6,869 nucleotides of DNA from an uncultured Erysipelotrichaceae bacterium (GCA_964457525.1 CAYWGS010000014.1:1-6869); one strand, 5' to 3'; positions 1 to 6,443 are shown, counted from the first letter of the stretch. The notes: a model not told the origin generated them from the sequence alone. A program made the numbers and translations.

Positions 1-812
1 TCTAAATAACTACTATGTAAATCAGACGCTTCTTTACACGTAAATAACTTCTGATAGATTGGTTTAGGTGCACAAACCCAACCTAATCGTAATCCAGGAG
101 AAATAGTTTTAGAGAAGCTACCCATTAAAAGAACTTGTTCAGGTAAATACAATTTTAGATGTGTTTGCTTCTTCTTAGTAAAATAGAGTTCACCATAAGG
201 ATCATCCTCCACTACTATCAAATTATGTTCTTTCACAATCTTCATAAATTCTTTACGATTCTCTTCTGAATAAGAAACACCACTCGGATTTTGAAAATTA
301 GGAATAACATAGATAAGCTTTGGATGATATTGATTAATCAATGTTTGTACTTGATCGCAATTAATTCCATTCTCATCCAATTGAACTGTAATTAGGTTCG
401 CTTCATAACTATTAAACGTTTGTATTGCGCCGAGATAACTCGGTTCTTCGATAAGGACTGTATCATTTGGATCTAAGAATGTCTTGGAGATAAAATCTAA
501 AGCTTGTTGAGAACCGCTTGTAATGAGGATTTCATCAGGTGAAATGTCTAAGTCATAAACCATTTTATATCGATCTGAAATAAGTTGTCTTAATGGTAAA
601 TAACCTTCGGTAAGAGAATATTGTAAAACTGATTTACCATCGAGTTCAAATACCTTATTAGATGCATTCTTTAATTCATTAACTGGAAAAGAATTCGGAT
701 TTGGAAAACCACCTGAAAAAGAGATCATTTCGGGATCCTCAAGATACTTAAATACTTCTACAATAAATGAATCTTCTACACAGTTTGATCTCTTGGAAAA
801 ATGATAATTCAT
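1..812 (-). CDS. PLP-dependent aminotransferase, fold-type I (ARO8 / LysN / 2-aminoadipate-aminotransferase-like). This is the N-terminal ~270 aa; the C-terminus lies beyond the window start.
   Basis: Hand translation of the reverse complement from ATG (812..810) stays open to position 1. It reads MNYHFSKRSNCVEDSFIVEVFKYLEDPEMISFSGGFPNPNSFP...LQYSLTEGYLPLRQLI...ILITSGSQQALDFISKTFLDPNDTVLIEEPSYLGA...LIYVIPNFQNPSGVSYS...LIVVEDDPYGELYF...LLMGSFSKTISPGLRLGWVCAP. These are the canonical class-I aminotransferase blocks: SGSQQAL, EEPSY, PNFQNPSG, EDDPYGEL, and SFSK with the Schiff-base lysine followed by PGLRLGW. The RBS AAAGAGGT lies 5 nt upstream of the ATG (complement of 818-825). Confidence 0.85.
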   Translation of the reverse strand, partial: MNYHFSKRSNCVEDSFIVEVFKYLEDPEMISFSGGFPNPNSFPVNELKNASNKVFELDGKSVLQYSLTEGYLPLRQLISDRYKMVYDLDISPDEILITSGSQQALDFISKTFLDPNDTVLIEEPSYLGAIQTFNSYEANLITVQLDENGINCDQVQTLINQYHPKLIYVIPNFQNPSGVSYSEENRKEFMKIVKEHNLIVVEDDPYGELYFTKKKQTHLKLYLPEQVLLMGSFSKTISPGLRLGWVCAPKPIYQKLFTCKEASDLHSSYL

Positions 813-835
813 AGGTTACCTCTTTATACTGTTCA

Positions 836-864
836 ATTAAAACACATCATGAGAGGATAAACAA
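836..864 (-). promoter_or_regulatory. Candidate sigma-A-type promoter for the aminotransferase gene
   Basis: On the minus strand I read TTGTTT (complement of 859-864), a 17-nt spacer, then TGT-TTTAAT, which is an extended -10 (hexamer is the complement of 836-841). Both hexamers are weak. This is a by-eye prediction only. Confidence 0.25.
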
Positions 865-867
865 TAT

Positions 868-888
868 TTTTCAGAAAATTTTCAGAAA
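868..888. repeat. Tandem direct repeat TTTTCAGAAA x2 with 11-bp phasing (868-877 and 879-888). The junction forms the perfect 10-bp palindrome GAAAATTTTC (874-883).
   Basis: Read directly from the sequence: ...atTTTTCAGAAAaTTTTCAGAAAgaaatattgaatatt... It is followed by AATATT-g-AATATT (891-903), two copies of a self-complementary hexamer. The repeat sits between the two putative divergent -35 elements. Confidence 0.6.
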
Positions 889-894
889 GAAATA

Positions 895-923
895 TTGAAT
901 ATTATATGTCTATGAACTAGAAT
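895..923 (+). promoter_or_regulatory. Candidate sigma-A-type promoter for the acn-icd-citrate synthase operon
   Basis: TTGAAT (895-900), a 17-nt spacer, then TAGAAT (918-923). This implies a short leader of about 14 nt that contains GGAGG (935-939) ahead of ATG 944. By-eye prediction only. Confidence 0.35.
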
Positions 924-943
924 AAAGTAATCCTGGAGGTCCT

Positions 944-2857
944 ATGAAAAAAACACTGACCACAAAACTATTTGAACAACATTTACGGGCTGGCGAATTA
1001 AAGGCTGGGCAAGAAATAAGATTACAAGTAAATCAAACATTAACACAAGATACAACGGGTACAATGGCCTATCTACAGTTTCTAGCGATGGATGTAGATC
1101 GAGTAAAAACAGATTGTAGTGTCGCGTATATTGACCATAATATGTTACAAACTGGATTTGAAAATGCGGATGATCATGCCTTTATACAATCTGTTGCACA
1201 GAAATATGGAATTATCTTTAGTAAACCTGGAGCAGGTATATGCCATCAGGTTCATTTAGAACGATTCGCAAAACCAGGGACTATTTTATTGGGCTCAGAT
1301 AGTCATACTCCAACTGCAGGAGGATTAGGAGCGATAGCGATTGGTATGGGTGGATTGGATGTTGCGGTGGCAATGGCGACTGGACTAACCACGATCGTAA
1401 TGCCAAAGATATACAATGTTAGATTAATCAATAAACCTAAATCAATTATTAATGGGAAAGATATTATCTTAAAAGTACTACAAAACCTCAGTGTAACCGG
1501 AGGAGTTGGATTTGTGATGGAGTATACGGGAGATGGCATACAGTATCTCAGTGTTACTGATCGAGCAACGATATGTAACATGGGAGCTGAACTTGGCGCA
1601 ACAACTTCCATTTTCCCGAGTGATAAAAATACATTAAAATATCTAACTCAACAAGGAAGAGCAGAAGACTATGTGGAATTATACCCTGATGAAGATGCGA
1701 TCTATGATAATCAAATGATTATTGATTTAAGTGTATTAAATCCAATGGTGGCTCAACCACATATGCCAGACAATGTCGTAGAAGTTAAATCAATCCAAGG
1801 TTTAAAGGTTGATCAAGTTGCGGTGGGTAGTTGTACGAACTCATCTTATACAGACATGATGAAAGTTGTCTCGATATTAAAAGGCAAAACGATCCATCCA
1901 GATGTTAGTTTAGTTATCTCCCCTGGTTCTGCCAATATTTTAAGATTACTATCTGAAAATGGTGGTTTATCCACACTCATTTCCGCAGGAGCTCGTATTC
2001 TTGAATCATCGTGTGGACCTTGTATTGGTATGGGACAAGCGCCTCGTTCCAATGGTATTTCAGTACGATCCTTTAATCGTAACTTTAAGGGAAGATCGGG
2101 TACGGCAAATGCACAAGTATATTTAGTGTCTCCAGAGACAGCTGCCGCATCGGCACTTATGGGAGTACTAACGGATCCAAGTGATTTAAATCTTGATTTT
2201 AATATCCAAGAACCAGAATCATTTGGTCATGTGGATGGTTATTTTGTCTATCCAAGTGAACATCCTGAATTGATACAAATTGCATTAGGACCTAACATTC
2301 AACCATTCCCTAAGGCAAGTCCATTAGAAGATAAGTTTTCTAGTAAGGTAGCACTCATTACACACGATAACATTACGACCGATGATATTGTTCCATCGTA
2401 TGCTAAATTATTACCATATCGATCCAATATCCCTTATTTAGCAGATTACTGTTTCCATGGGGTAGATTTAGAATTCGTTCCACGTATTAAAGAATTAGGT
2501 GGAGGTATTATTATTGGTGGTGAAAACTATGGACAAGGCTCATCGCGTGAACATGCGGCTCTTATTCCATTGTATTTAGGGGTTAAAGCGGTTATTGCAA
2601 AAAGTTATGCACGTATTCATCGTTCTAATTTAATTAATGTTGGTATTCTACCTTTAATACTAGTGGATGGTGAATTCGATTTATTGGATGAACTAGATTT
2701 TGTACAACTCCTTGAACATGCATCTAAGAACGAAGAATTTAGTATCTATAATAAAACGAAGAATAAGAAGATTGTGGTTAAGTTAATCGCAACCCCAAGA
2801 GAACGTGAAATCCTAATTAAAGGGGGGTATCTCAATTATGCAAAATCATTATCATGA
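944..2857 (+). CDS. acn: Aconitate hydratase. This is the short ~640-aa form, with catalytic domains 1-3 fused to a C-terminal swivel domain.
   Basis: 637-aa ORF with GGAGG 4 nt upstream. Aconitase-family hallmarks are present: GSDSHT; the three [4Fe-4S] cysteine ligands in VGSCTNSSY and ESSCGPCIGMG; and the domain-4 motif GENYGQGSSREHAALIPLYLGVKAVIAKSYARIH, which holds the catalytic Ser/Arg of the GSSREHAA block. Its position next to isocitrate dehydrogenase and citrate synthase supports aconitase over isopropylmalate isomerase. Confidence 0.93.
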   Translation: MKKTLTTKLFEQHLRAGELKAGQEIRLQVNQTLTQDTTGTMAYLQFLAMDVDRVKTDCSVAYIDHNMLQTGFENADDHAFIQSVAQKYGIIFSKPGAGICHQVHLERFAKPGTILLGSDSHTPTAGGLGAIAIGMGGLDVAVAMATGLTTIVMPKIYNVRLINKPKSIINGKDIILKVLQNLSVTGGVGFVMEYTGDGIQYLSVTDRATICNMGAELGATTSIFPSDKNTLKYLTQQGRAEDYVELYPDEDAIYDNQMIIDLSVLNPMVAQPHMPDNVVEVKSIQGLKVDQVAVGSCTNSSYTDMMKVVSILKGKTIHPDVSLVISPGSANILRLLSENGGLSTLISAGARILESSCGPCIGMGQAPRSNGISVRSFNRNFKGRSGTANAQVYLVSPETAAASALMGVLTDPSDLNLDFNIQEPESFGHVDGYFVYPSEHPELIQIALGPNIQPFPKASPLEDKFSSKVALITHDNITTDDIVPSYAKLLPYRSNIPYLADYCFHGVDLEFVPRIKELGGGIIIGGENYGQGSSREHAALIPLYLGVKAVIAKSYARIHRSNLINVGILPLILVDGEFDLLDELDFVQLLEHASKNEEFSIYNKTKNKKIVVKLIATPREREILIKGGYLNYAKSLS

Positions 2858-3887
2858 TGAAAGGGTTGTGACCTTAATTGCTGGAGATGGAATTGGACCT
2901 GAGATAACAGAATCAATGAAACAAGTTATCATTGAGTTAGGCTTAAATATAACTTGGGAAGAGTTTGAGGTTGGGTTAAGTTCATATGAAAAGACAGGTG
3001 TACTCATACCTGAAGAAGTGTACCAAAGTTTTGAGAAGAATAAGGTTGCACTAAAAGGCCCAGTCACAACACCCATTGGTACAGGATTTAGAAGTATAAA
3101 TGTCGAGTTACGCAAACGATATGATTTATACGCTTGTATTCGACCAATTCAATCCATAGGAATTGTGCCAAGTCACTATAAGGATGTGGATATTGTTCTA
3201 TTTAGAGAAAATACAGAAGATTTATACATGGGACTTGAGAAACAAATTAGTGAAGATGAAGCACATAGTATTAAAGTTATAACGCGTAAAGCAAGTGAAC
3301 GTATTGCATTAGCGGCCTTTGAATATGCGATTAATCAGAATCGTAAGAAAGTAACGGTCGTAACAAAGGCGAATATCATGAAGCTGAGTGATGGATTATT
3401 CTTAAATACTGTTAGAGAAGTATCGAAACATTTTCCAAGTATTGAGTTTACAGAGATTCTTGTCGATAACATGTGTATGCAAATGGTGTTAAATCCAAAT
3501 CAGTTTGATGTTGTGGTGACGGAAAATTTATATGGGGATATCTTGTCCGATCTTGGAGCAGCATTAGTTGGTGGATTAGGATTTGTTCCTGGTGCAAATA
3601 TCGGTTCAGACAAAGCGTTGTTTGAGGCAACACATGGATCTGCGCCTGATATCGCGGGTAAGGGAGTTGCGAATCCAACGGCTTTATTACGAAGTGCAAG
3701 TTTGATGTTAGAGTATATGGGATATGCTAGAGAGGCGAGTTTGTTAAGGTATTCCATAAATCAATATTATTCTGATGAAAAGAACTTCACCAAGGATATT
3801 AAAGGGAATGTAAATACAAAAGAATATACAAAGCGATTAATTCAAATTATTCATGAATTAAAAGGTGGTTTCTATGAAAAGAAATGA
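2838..3887 (+). CDS. icd: Isocitrate dehydrogenase, a beta-decarboxylating dehydrogenase family member predicted to be NAD+-dependent
   Basis: 349-aa ORF. An AAAGGGGGG RBS (2819-2827) lies 10 nt before the ATG, and the start overlaps the aconitase 3' end by 20 nt. Family motifs: IAGDGIGPE and NLYGDILSDLGAALVGGLG. Isocitrate-type substrate residues align with E. coli IDH: KGPVTTPIGTGFRSINVELRKRYDLYACIRP corresponds to S113, N115, R119 and R129, and FRENTEDLY corresponds to R153 and Y160. The cofactor motif HGSAPDIAGKGVANP carries Asp-Ile where NADP-IDH has Lys-Tyr. Confidence 0.88.
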   Translation: MQNHYHDERVVTLIAGDGIGPEITESMKQVIIELGLNITWEEFEVGLSSYEKTGVLIPEEVYQSFEKNKVALKGPVTTPIGTGFRSINVELRKRYDLYACIRPIQSIGIVPSHYKDVDIVLFRENTEDLYMGLEKQISEDEAHSIKVITRKASERIALAAFEYAINQNRKKVTVVTKANIMKLSDGLFLNTVREVSKHFPSIEFTEILVDNMCMQMVLNPNQFDVVVTENLYGDILSDLGAALVGGLGFVPGANIGSDKALFEATHGSAPDIAGKGVANPTALLRSASLMLEYMGYAREASLLRYSINQYYSDEKNFTKDIKGNVNTKEYTKRLIQIIHELKGGFYEKK

Positions 3888-5226
3888 GTTTGAACTTCGA
3901 TTAGAAGAATGGTCTAAGGTAATCGAACAAACTAATACGATTGATCCTAAACTTTATCCAGAACATAACATTAAACGTGGTTTAAGAAATGAGAATGGAA
4001 CAGGTGTTTTAGTTGGGATTACACGCGTTGGATCGGTTATTGGTTATCGTAAAGAGAATGATAAAAAGATTCCCATTGAAGGGGAACTCTATTATCGTGG
4101 ATACAACTTATTTGATTTAGTTCATGGATTCCAAGAAGAGAAACGATTGGGATTTGAGGAGACGGTATATCTATTACTATTTGGTAAATGTCCGAATCAA
4201 GATGAACTCAAAGAATTTACACTTGCGTTAGAAGAACGTAGAGATCTACCAAAGCATTACAAAGAAGATGTTATTCTAAAGATTCCAGCACCCAACATCA
4301 TGAACAAGCTTCAAAGAACGGTCTTAACACTTTATTCCTATGATGATAATCCAGATGATATCAGTGTTGTGAATGTACTTAAACAATCACTCGACTTGAT
4401 TGCGAAACTGCCACTGCTTGCGGCGTATAGTTATCAAGCAAAACGCCATTACTTTAATCATGATAGTCTCGTAATTCATACGCCTAAAAAAGGTGTAGGA
4501 ACCGCTGAGAATTTCTTATCCCTTATACGACCTGATGGGAAAGTAGGCAAAGAAGAAATAGAAATTCTTGATTTACTCTTAGTCTTACAAGCGGAACATG
4601 GTGGTGGTAACAACTCATCTTTCGCGACACATGTGGTATCATCAACAGGAACAGATACCTATTCTGCGATTGCGACGGCCTTAGGTTCTCTAAAAGGGCC
4701 AAAGCATGGTGGAGCGAATAAAATGGTTGCGGATATGATTAAAGATATCAAGGAACATATATCTTTAGATTATAGCGAAGAACAATTAAGGGAATATCTA
4801 CGTAAGATCTTAAGAAAGGAAGCATTTGATCATAAAGGATTAATCTATGGATTAGGTCATGCGGTTTATACCTTATCGGATCCAAGAGCGATTATATTAA
4901 AAGAAAAAGCGTATCAATTAGCTCTTCTCAAAGGGCGTGCAAAAGAGTATAATCTCTATGCAGATATTGAAAAGATTGGTTGTGCATTACTGAATGAAAA
5001 AGTGAAGAATGATAACAGCATGGCAGCCAACGTAGATTTCTATGCTGGATTTGTATTAGATATGCTCGATATTCCTGAAGATCTCTATACCCCAGTGTTT
5101 GCGATTAGCCGAATAGCAGGTTGGTCAGCGCATCGTTTGGAACAAATCCTCGATGATAAGATTATGCGACCAGCGTATGTAACCTTAGGCGATAACAAGG
5201 TTTATCAACCATTAAAAGAACGATAG
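3874..5226 (+). CDS. gltA: Citrate synthase (citrate/2-methylcitrate synthase family)
   Basis: The ORF track starts at GTG 3865. I prefer ATG 3874 (MKRNEF...) because AAAGGTGG (3861-3868) sits 5 nt upstream of it, which gives a 14-nt overlap with the icd stop. Citrate synthase motifs: LQAEHGGGNNSSFATHVVSSTGTDTYSAIATALGSLKGPKHGGAN (catalytic His in HGGAN); GLGHAVYTLSDPR, which fits the family signature G-x-G-H-x-V-x-[RKT]-x2-D-P-R (second catalytic His); and NVDFYAG (catalytic Asp). Confidence 0.93.
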   Translation: MKRNEFELRLEEWSKVIEQTNTIDPKLYPEHNIKRGLRNENGTGVLVGITRVGSVIGYRKENDKKIPIEGELYYRGYNLFDLVHGFQEEKRLGFEETVYLLLFGKCPNQDELKEFTLALEERRDLPKHYKEDVILKIPAPNIMNKLQRTVLTLYSYDDNPDDISVVNVLKQSLDLIAKLPLLAAYSYQAKRHYFNHDSLVIHTPKKGVGTAENFLSLIRPDGKVGKEEIEILDLLLVLQAEHGGGNNSSFATHVVSSTGTDTYSAIATALGSLKGPKHGGANKMVADMIKDIKEHISLDYSEEQLREYLRKILRKEAFDHKGLIYGLGHAVYTLSDPRAIILKEKAYQLALLKGRAKEYNLYADIEKIGCALLNEKVKNDNSMAANVDFYAGFVLDMLDIPEDLYTPVFAISRIAGWSAHRLEQILDDKIMRPAYVTLGDNKVYQPLKER

Positions 5227-5236
5227 TAAATAAGAT

Positions 5237-5270
5237 AAAAAGCAAGATAAAAAAGTCTTGCTTTTTGTTT
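5237..5270 (+). terminator. Putative intrinsic terminator of the acn-icd-citrate synthase operon
   Basis: There is a perfect 11-bp inverted repeat, AAAAAGCAAGA (5237-5247) with TCTTGCTTTTT (5256-5266), and an 8-nt loop TAAAAAAG. The run continues as a T-rich tail TTTTTGTTT ending at 5270, starting 11 nt after the TAG stop. The GC core is only GCAAGA/TCTTGC, so the hairpin is weak. Confidence 0.5.
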
Positions 5271-5286
5271 GACACGGCTGTATAAT
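5258..5286 (+). promoter_or_regulatory. Candidate sigma-A promoter of the S10 (rpsJ) operon
   Basis: A perfect TATAAT lies at 5281-5286, with TG immediately upstream at 5279-5280. TTGCTT (5258-5263) sits at the canonical 17-nt spacing and falls inside the descending arm of the terminator hairpin. Confidence 0.5.
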
Positions 5287-5292
5287 ATTGAA

Positions 5293-5416
5293 GCGCACGC
5301 ATGGACGTACGAGGTTACTGACACACTGATAAGCGTTGTCATGGTCAGTGAGAAGTCAGAGAATTCGTACCGAGCGATTGGGTTAAACCCTAGGCGACAA
5401 GAAACAGGAGGATTTC
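5293..5416 (+). promoter_or_regulatory. Long 5' leader of rpsJ, possibly a structured cis-regulatory RNA. I could not assign it to a family.
   Basis: About 124 nt separate the predicted TSS from ATG 5417. My hand count gives about 50% G+C over 5291-5400 (55 of 110), against clearly AT-rich flanks. Nested complementary segments are present, detailed in the findings. AGGAGG lies at 5406-5411. Confidence 0.4.
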
Positions 5417-5728
5417 ATGGCAAAGAATAGTATCCGTATTCGTCTTAAAGCTTATGAACACAGATCATTAGATGCTGCTACTAAAAAAATTGTAGATGCT
5501 GCAAATGACTTTGGTTCTAAAAAAGTTATTGGACCGGTTCCACTACCTACCGAAAAACAAGTAGTAACAGTATTACGCGCGGTTCACAAATATAAAGATT
5601 CGCGTGAACAATTCGAAGTTCGTACCCACAAACGTTTAATCGAAATCGTTGGGCCTTCAGCGGCAACAATTGATGCATTAAGTCGTTTAGAATTACCAAG
5701 TGGCGTCGATATCGAAATCAAGCTATAG
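5417..5728 (+). CDS. rpsJ: 30S ribosomal protein S10 (uS10)
   Basis: 103-aa ORF with AGGAGG 5 nt upstream. The sequence is near-colinear with Bacillus S10: [14 protein letters not shown]...GPVPLPTEK...[28 protein letters not shown]...[11 protein letters not shown]. Confidence 0.98.
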   Translation: MAKNSIRIRLKAYEHRSLDAATKKIVDAANDFGSKKVIGPVPLPTEKQVVTVLRAVHKYKDSREQFEVRTHKRLIEIVGPSAATIDALSRLELPSGVDIEIKL

Positions 5729-5744
5729 TTAGGAGCTCAAAATC

Positions 5745-6440
5745 ATGAAAGGACTATTAGGAAGAAAACTCGGTATGACGCAAGTCTTCACTACTGACGG
5801 AACATTAATTCCAGTGACAGTTTTAGAAGTATTGCCGAATGTCGTTCTTCAAAAGAAAACAAAATTAACAGATGGTTATGTTGCACTTCAATTAGGTATC
5901 GAAGATGTATTACCTCAACGTGCTAACAAGCCATTAGTCGGACATGTCGCAAAAGCTAACACAAGCCCTAAGAAATTCATCAGAGAAATTCGTTCGGAAG
6001 AAATGAGTCAATATGAAGTAGGTGCCGTGATTAAAGCTGATCTATTCCAAGCGGGAGAGATGGTCGACGTTTCTGGCACATCAAAAGGGAAAGGATTTAT
6101 GGGTGCGGTTTATCGTAATAACCAATCTACTGGTCCTAACTCACACGGTTCAGGTTTCCACCGTGGGCCTGGTTCATTAGCAACCATCGGTCGTAACAAT
6201 GGTTTAATTAATAAAGGACGTGCAATGGCTGGTCATGAAGGTTCTTTATCCACAACAAACCAAAACCTAGAAGTTGTATTAGTTGATACTGACAAGAATG
6301 TTATGTTAGTAAAAGGAAATGTTCCTGGACCTAAACGTGGATTCGTTGTTATTAAGTCAACGGTTAAATCAGTAAAATCTGTACCTGCTAAAGAAATTCT
6401 AGTACGTACATCTAAAGTAGAAGAAGTTAAGGAGGACTAA
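5745..6440 (+). CDS. rplC: 50S ribosomal protein L3 (uL3), carrying a ~22-aa C-terminal extension
   Basis: 231-aa ORF with AGGAG (5731-5735) 9 nt upstream. L3 motifs: GLLGRKLGMTQVF, IPVTVLEV.PNVVLQKKT, VDVSGTSKGKGF.GA, LVKGNVPGPK. It occupies the canonical position after rpsJ. Confidence 0.97.
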   Translation: MKGLLGRKLGMTQVFTTDGTLIPVTVLEVLPNVVLQKKTKLTDGYVALQLGIEDVLPQRANKPLVGHVAKANTSPKKFIREIRSEEMSQYEVGAVIKADLFQAGEMVDVSGTSKGKGFMGAVYRNNQSTGPNSHGSGFHRGPGSLATIGRNNGLINKGRAMAGHEGSLSTTNQNLEVVLVDTDKNVMLVKGNVPGPKRGFVVIKSTVKSVKSVPAKEILVRTSKVEEVKED

Positions 6441-6443
6441 GCC

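Noticed and set aside
813-943. A search for a CcpA cre box (TGNAANCGNTNNCA-like) in the acn upstream region.
   Set aside because: The intergenic region contains no CG dinucleotide at all, so no cre-like core is present.
2855-2857. The possibility of genetic code 4 (TGA = Trp), given Mollicutes-like features of some of the proteins.
   Set aside because: TGA terminates both aconitase and IDH at the positions expected from homologue lengths and just after the next gene's start. Trp is encoded by TGG, for example in ITWEEF. Standard code 11 fits.
1303-3757. Five minus-strand ORFs from the track: 1303-1611, 1846-2052, 2852-3115, 3448-3699 and 3500-3757.
   Set aside because: All lie entirely antisense within the strongly supported aconitase and IDH genes. 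They have no recognisable motifs and low-complexity or odd composition, and I could find no RBS. They are typical shadow ORFs.
3865-3873. GTG 3865 as the citrate synthase start, as given in the ORF track (MVSMKRNEF...).
   Set aside because: The GTG lies inside the best Shine-Dalgarno match (AAAGGTGG, 3861-3868). ATG 3874 is 5 nt downstream of that SD and is the more plausible initiator. The difference is only 3 codons.
1-5226. Reading the cluster as an alpha-aminoadipate (AAA) lysine pathway, with a LysN-like aminotransferase, homoaconitase-like hydratase and homoisocitrate-dehydrogenase-like enzyme.
   Set aside because: The condensing enzyme belongs to the citrate synthase family (HGGAN, GHAVY..DPR, NVDFYAG), not the LeuA/homocitrate synthase family. 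The dehydrogenase also keeps the Ser/Asn pair typical of isocitrate enzymes. An oxidative TCA branch is the more economical reading. The alternative can only be excluded by enzymology.
5269-5274. A perfect TTGACA hexamer that at first glance looks like the -35 for the TATAAT at 5281-5286.
   Set aside because: The spacer would be only 6 nt instead of about 17, and no -10-like hexamer lies 16-18 nt downstream of it (5292-5297 is agcgca). TTGCTT at 5258-5263 is the correctly spaced partner.
5301-5430. Two small upstream ORFs in the rpsJ leader. ATG 5301-TGA 5321 encodes MDVRGY. ATG 5341-TAG 5430 encodes 29 aa and overlaps the rpsJ start out of frame.
   Set aside because: Neither has a Shine-Dalgarno sequence upstream, and neither peptide has recognisable features. 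They are more likely chance ORFs inside a structured leader. They would become interesting only if conserved in relatives.
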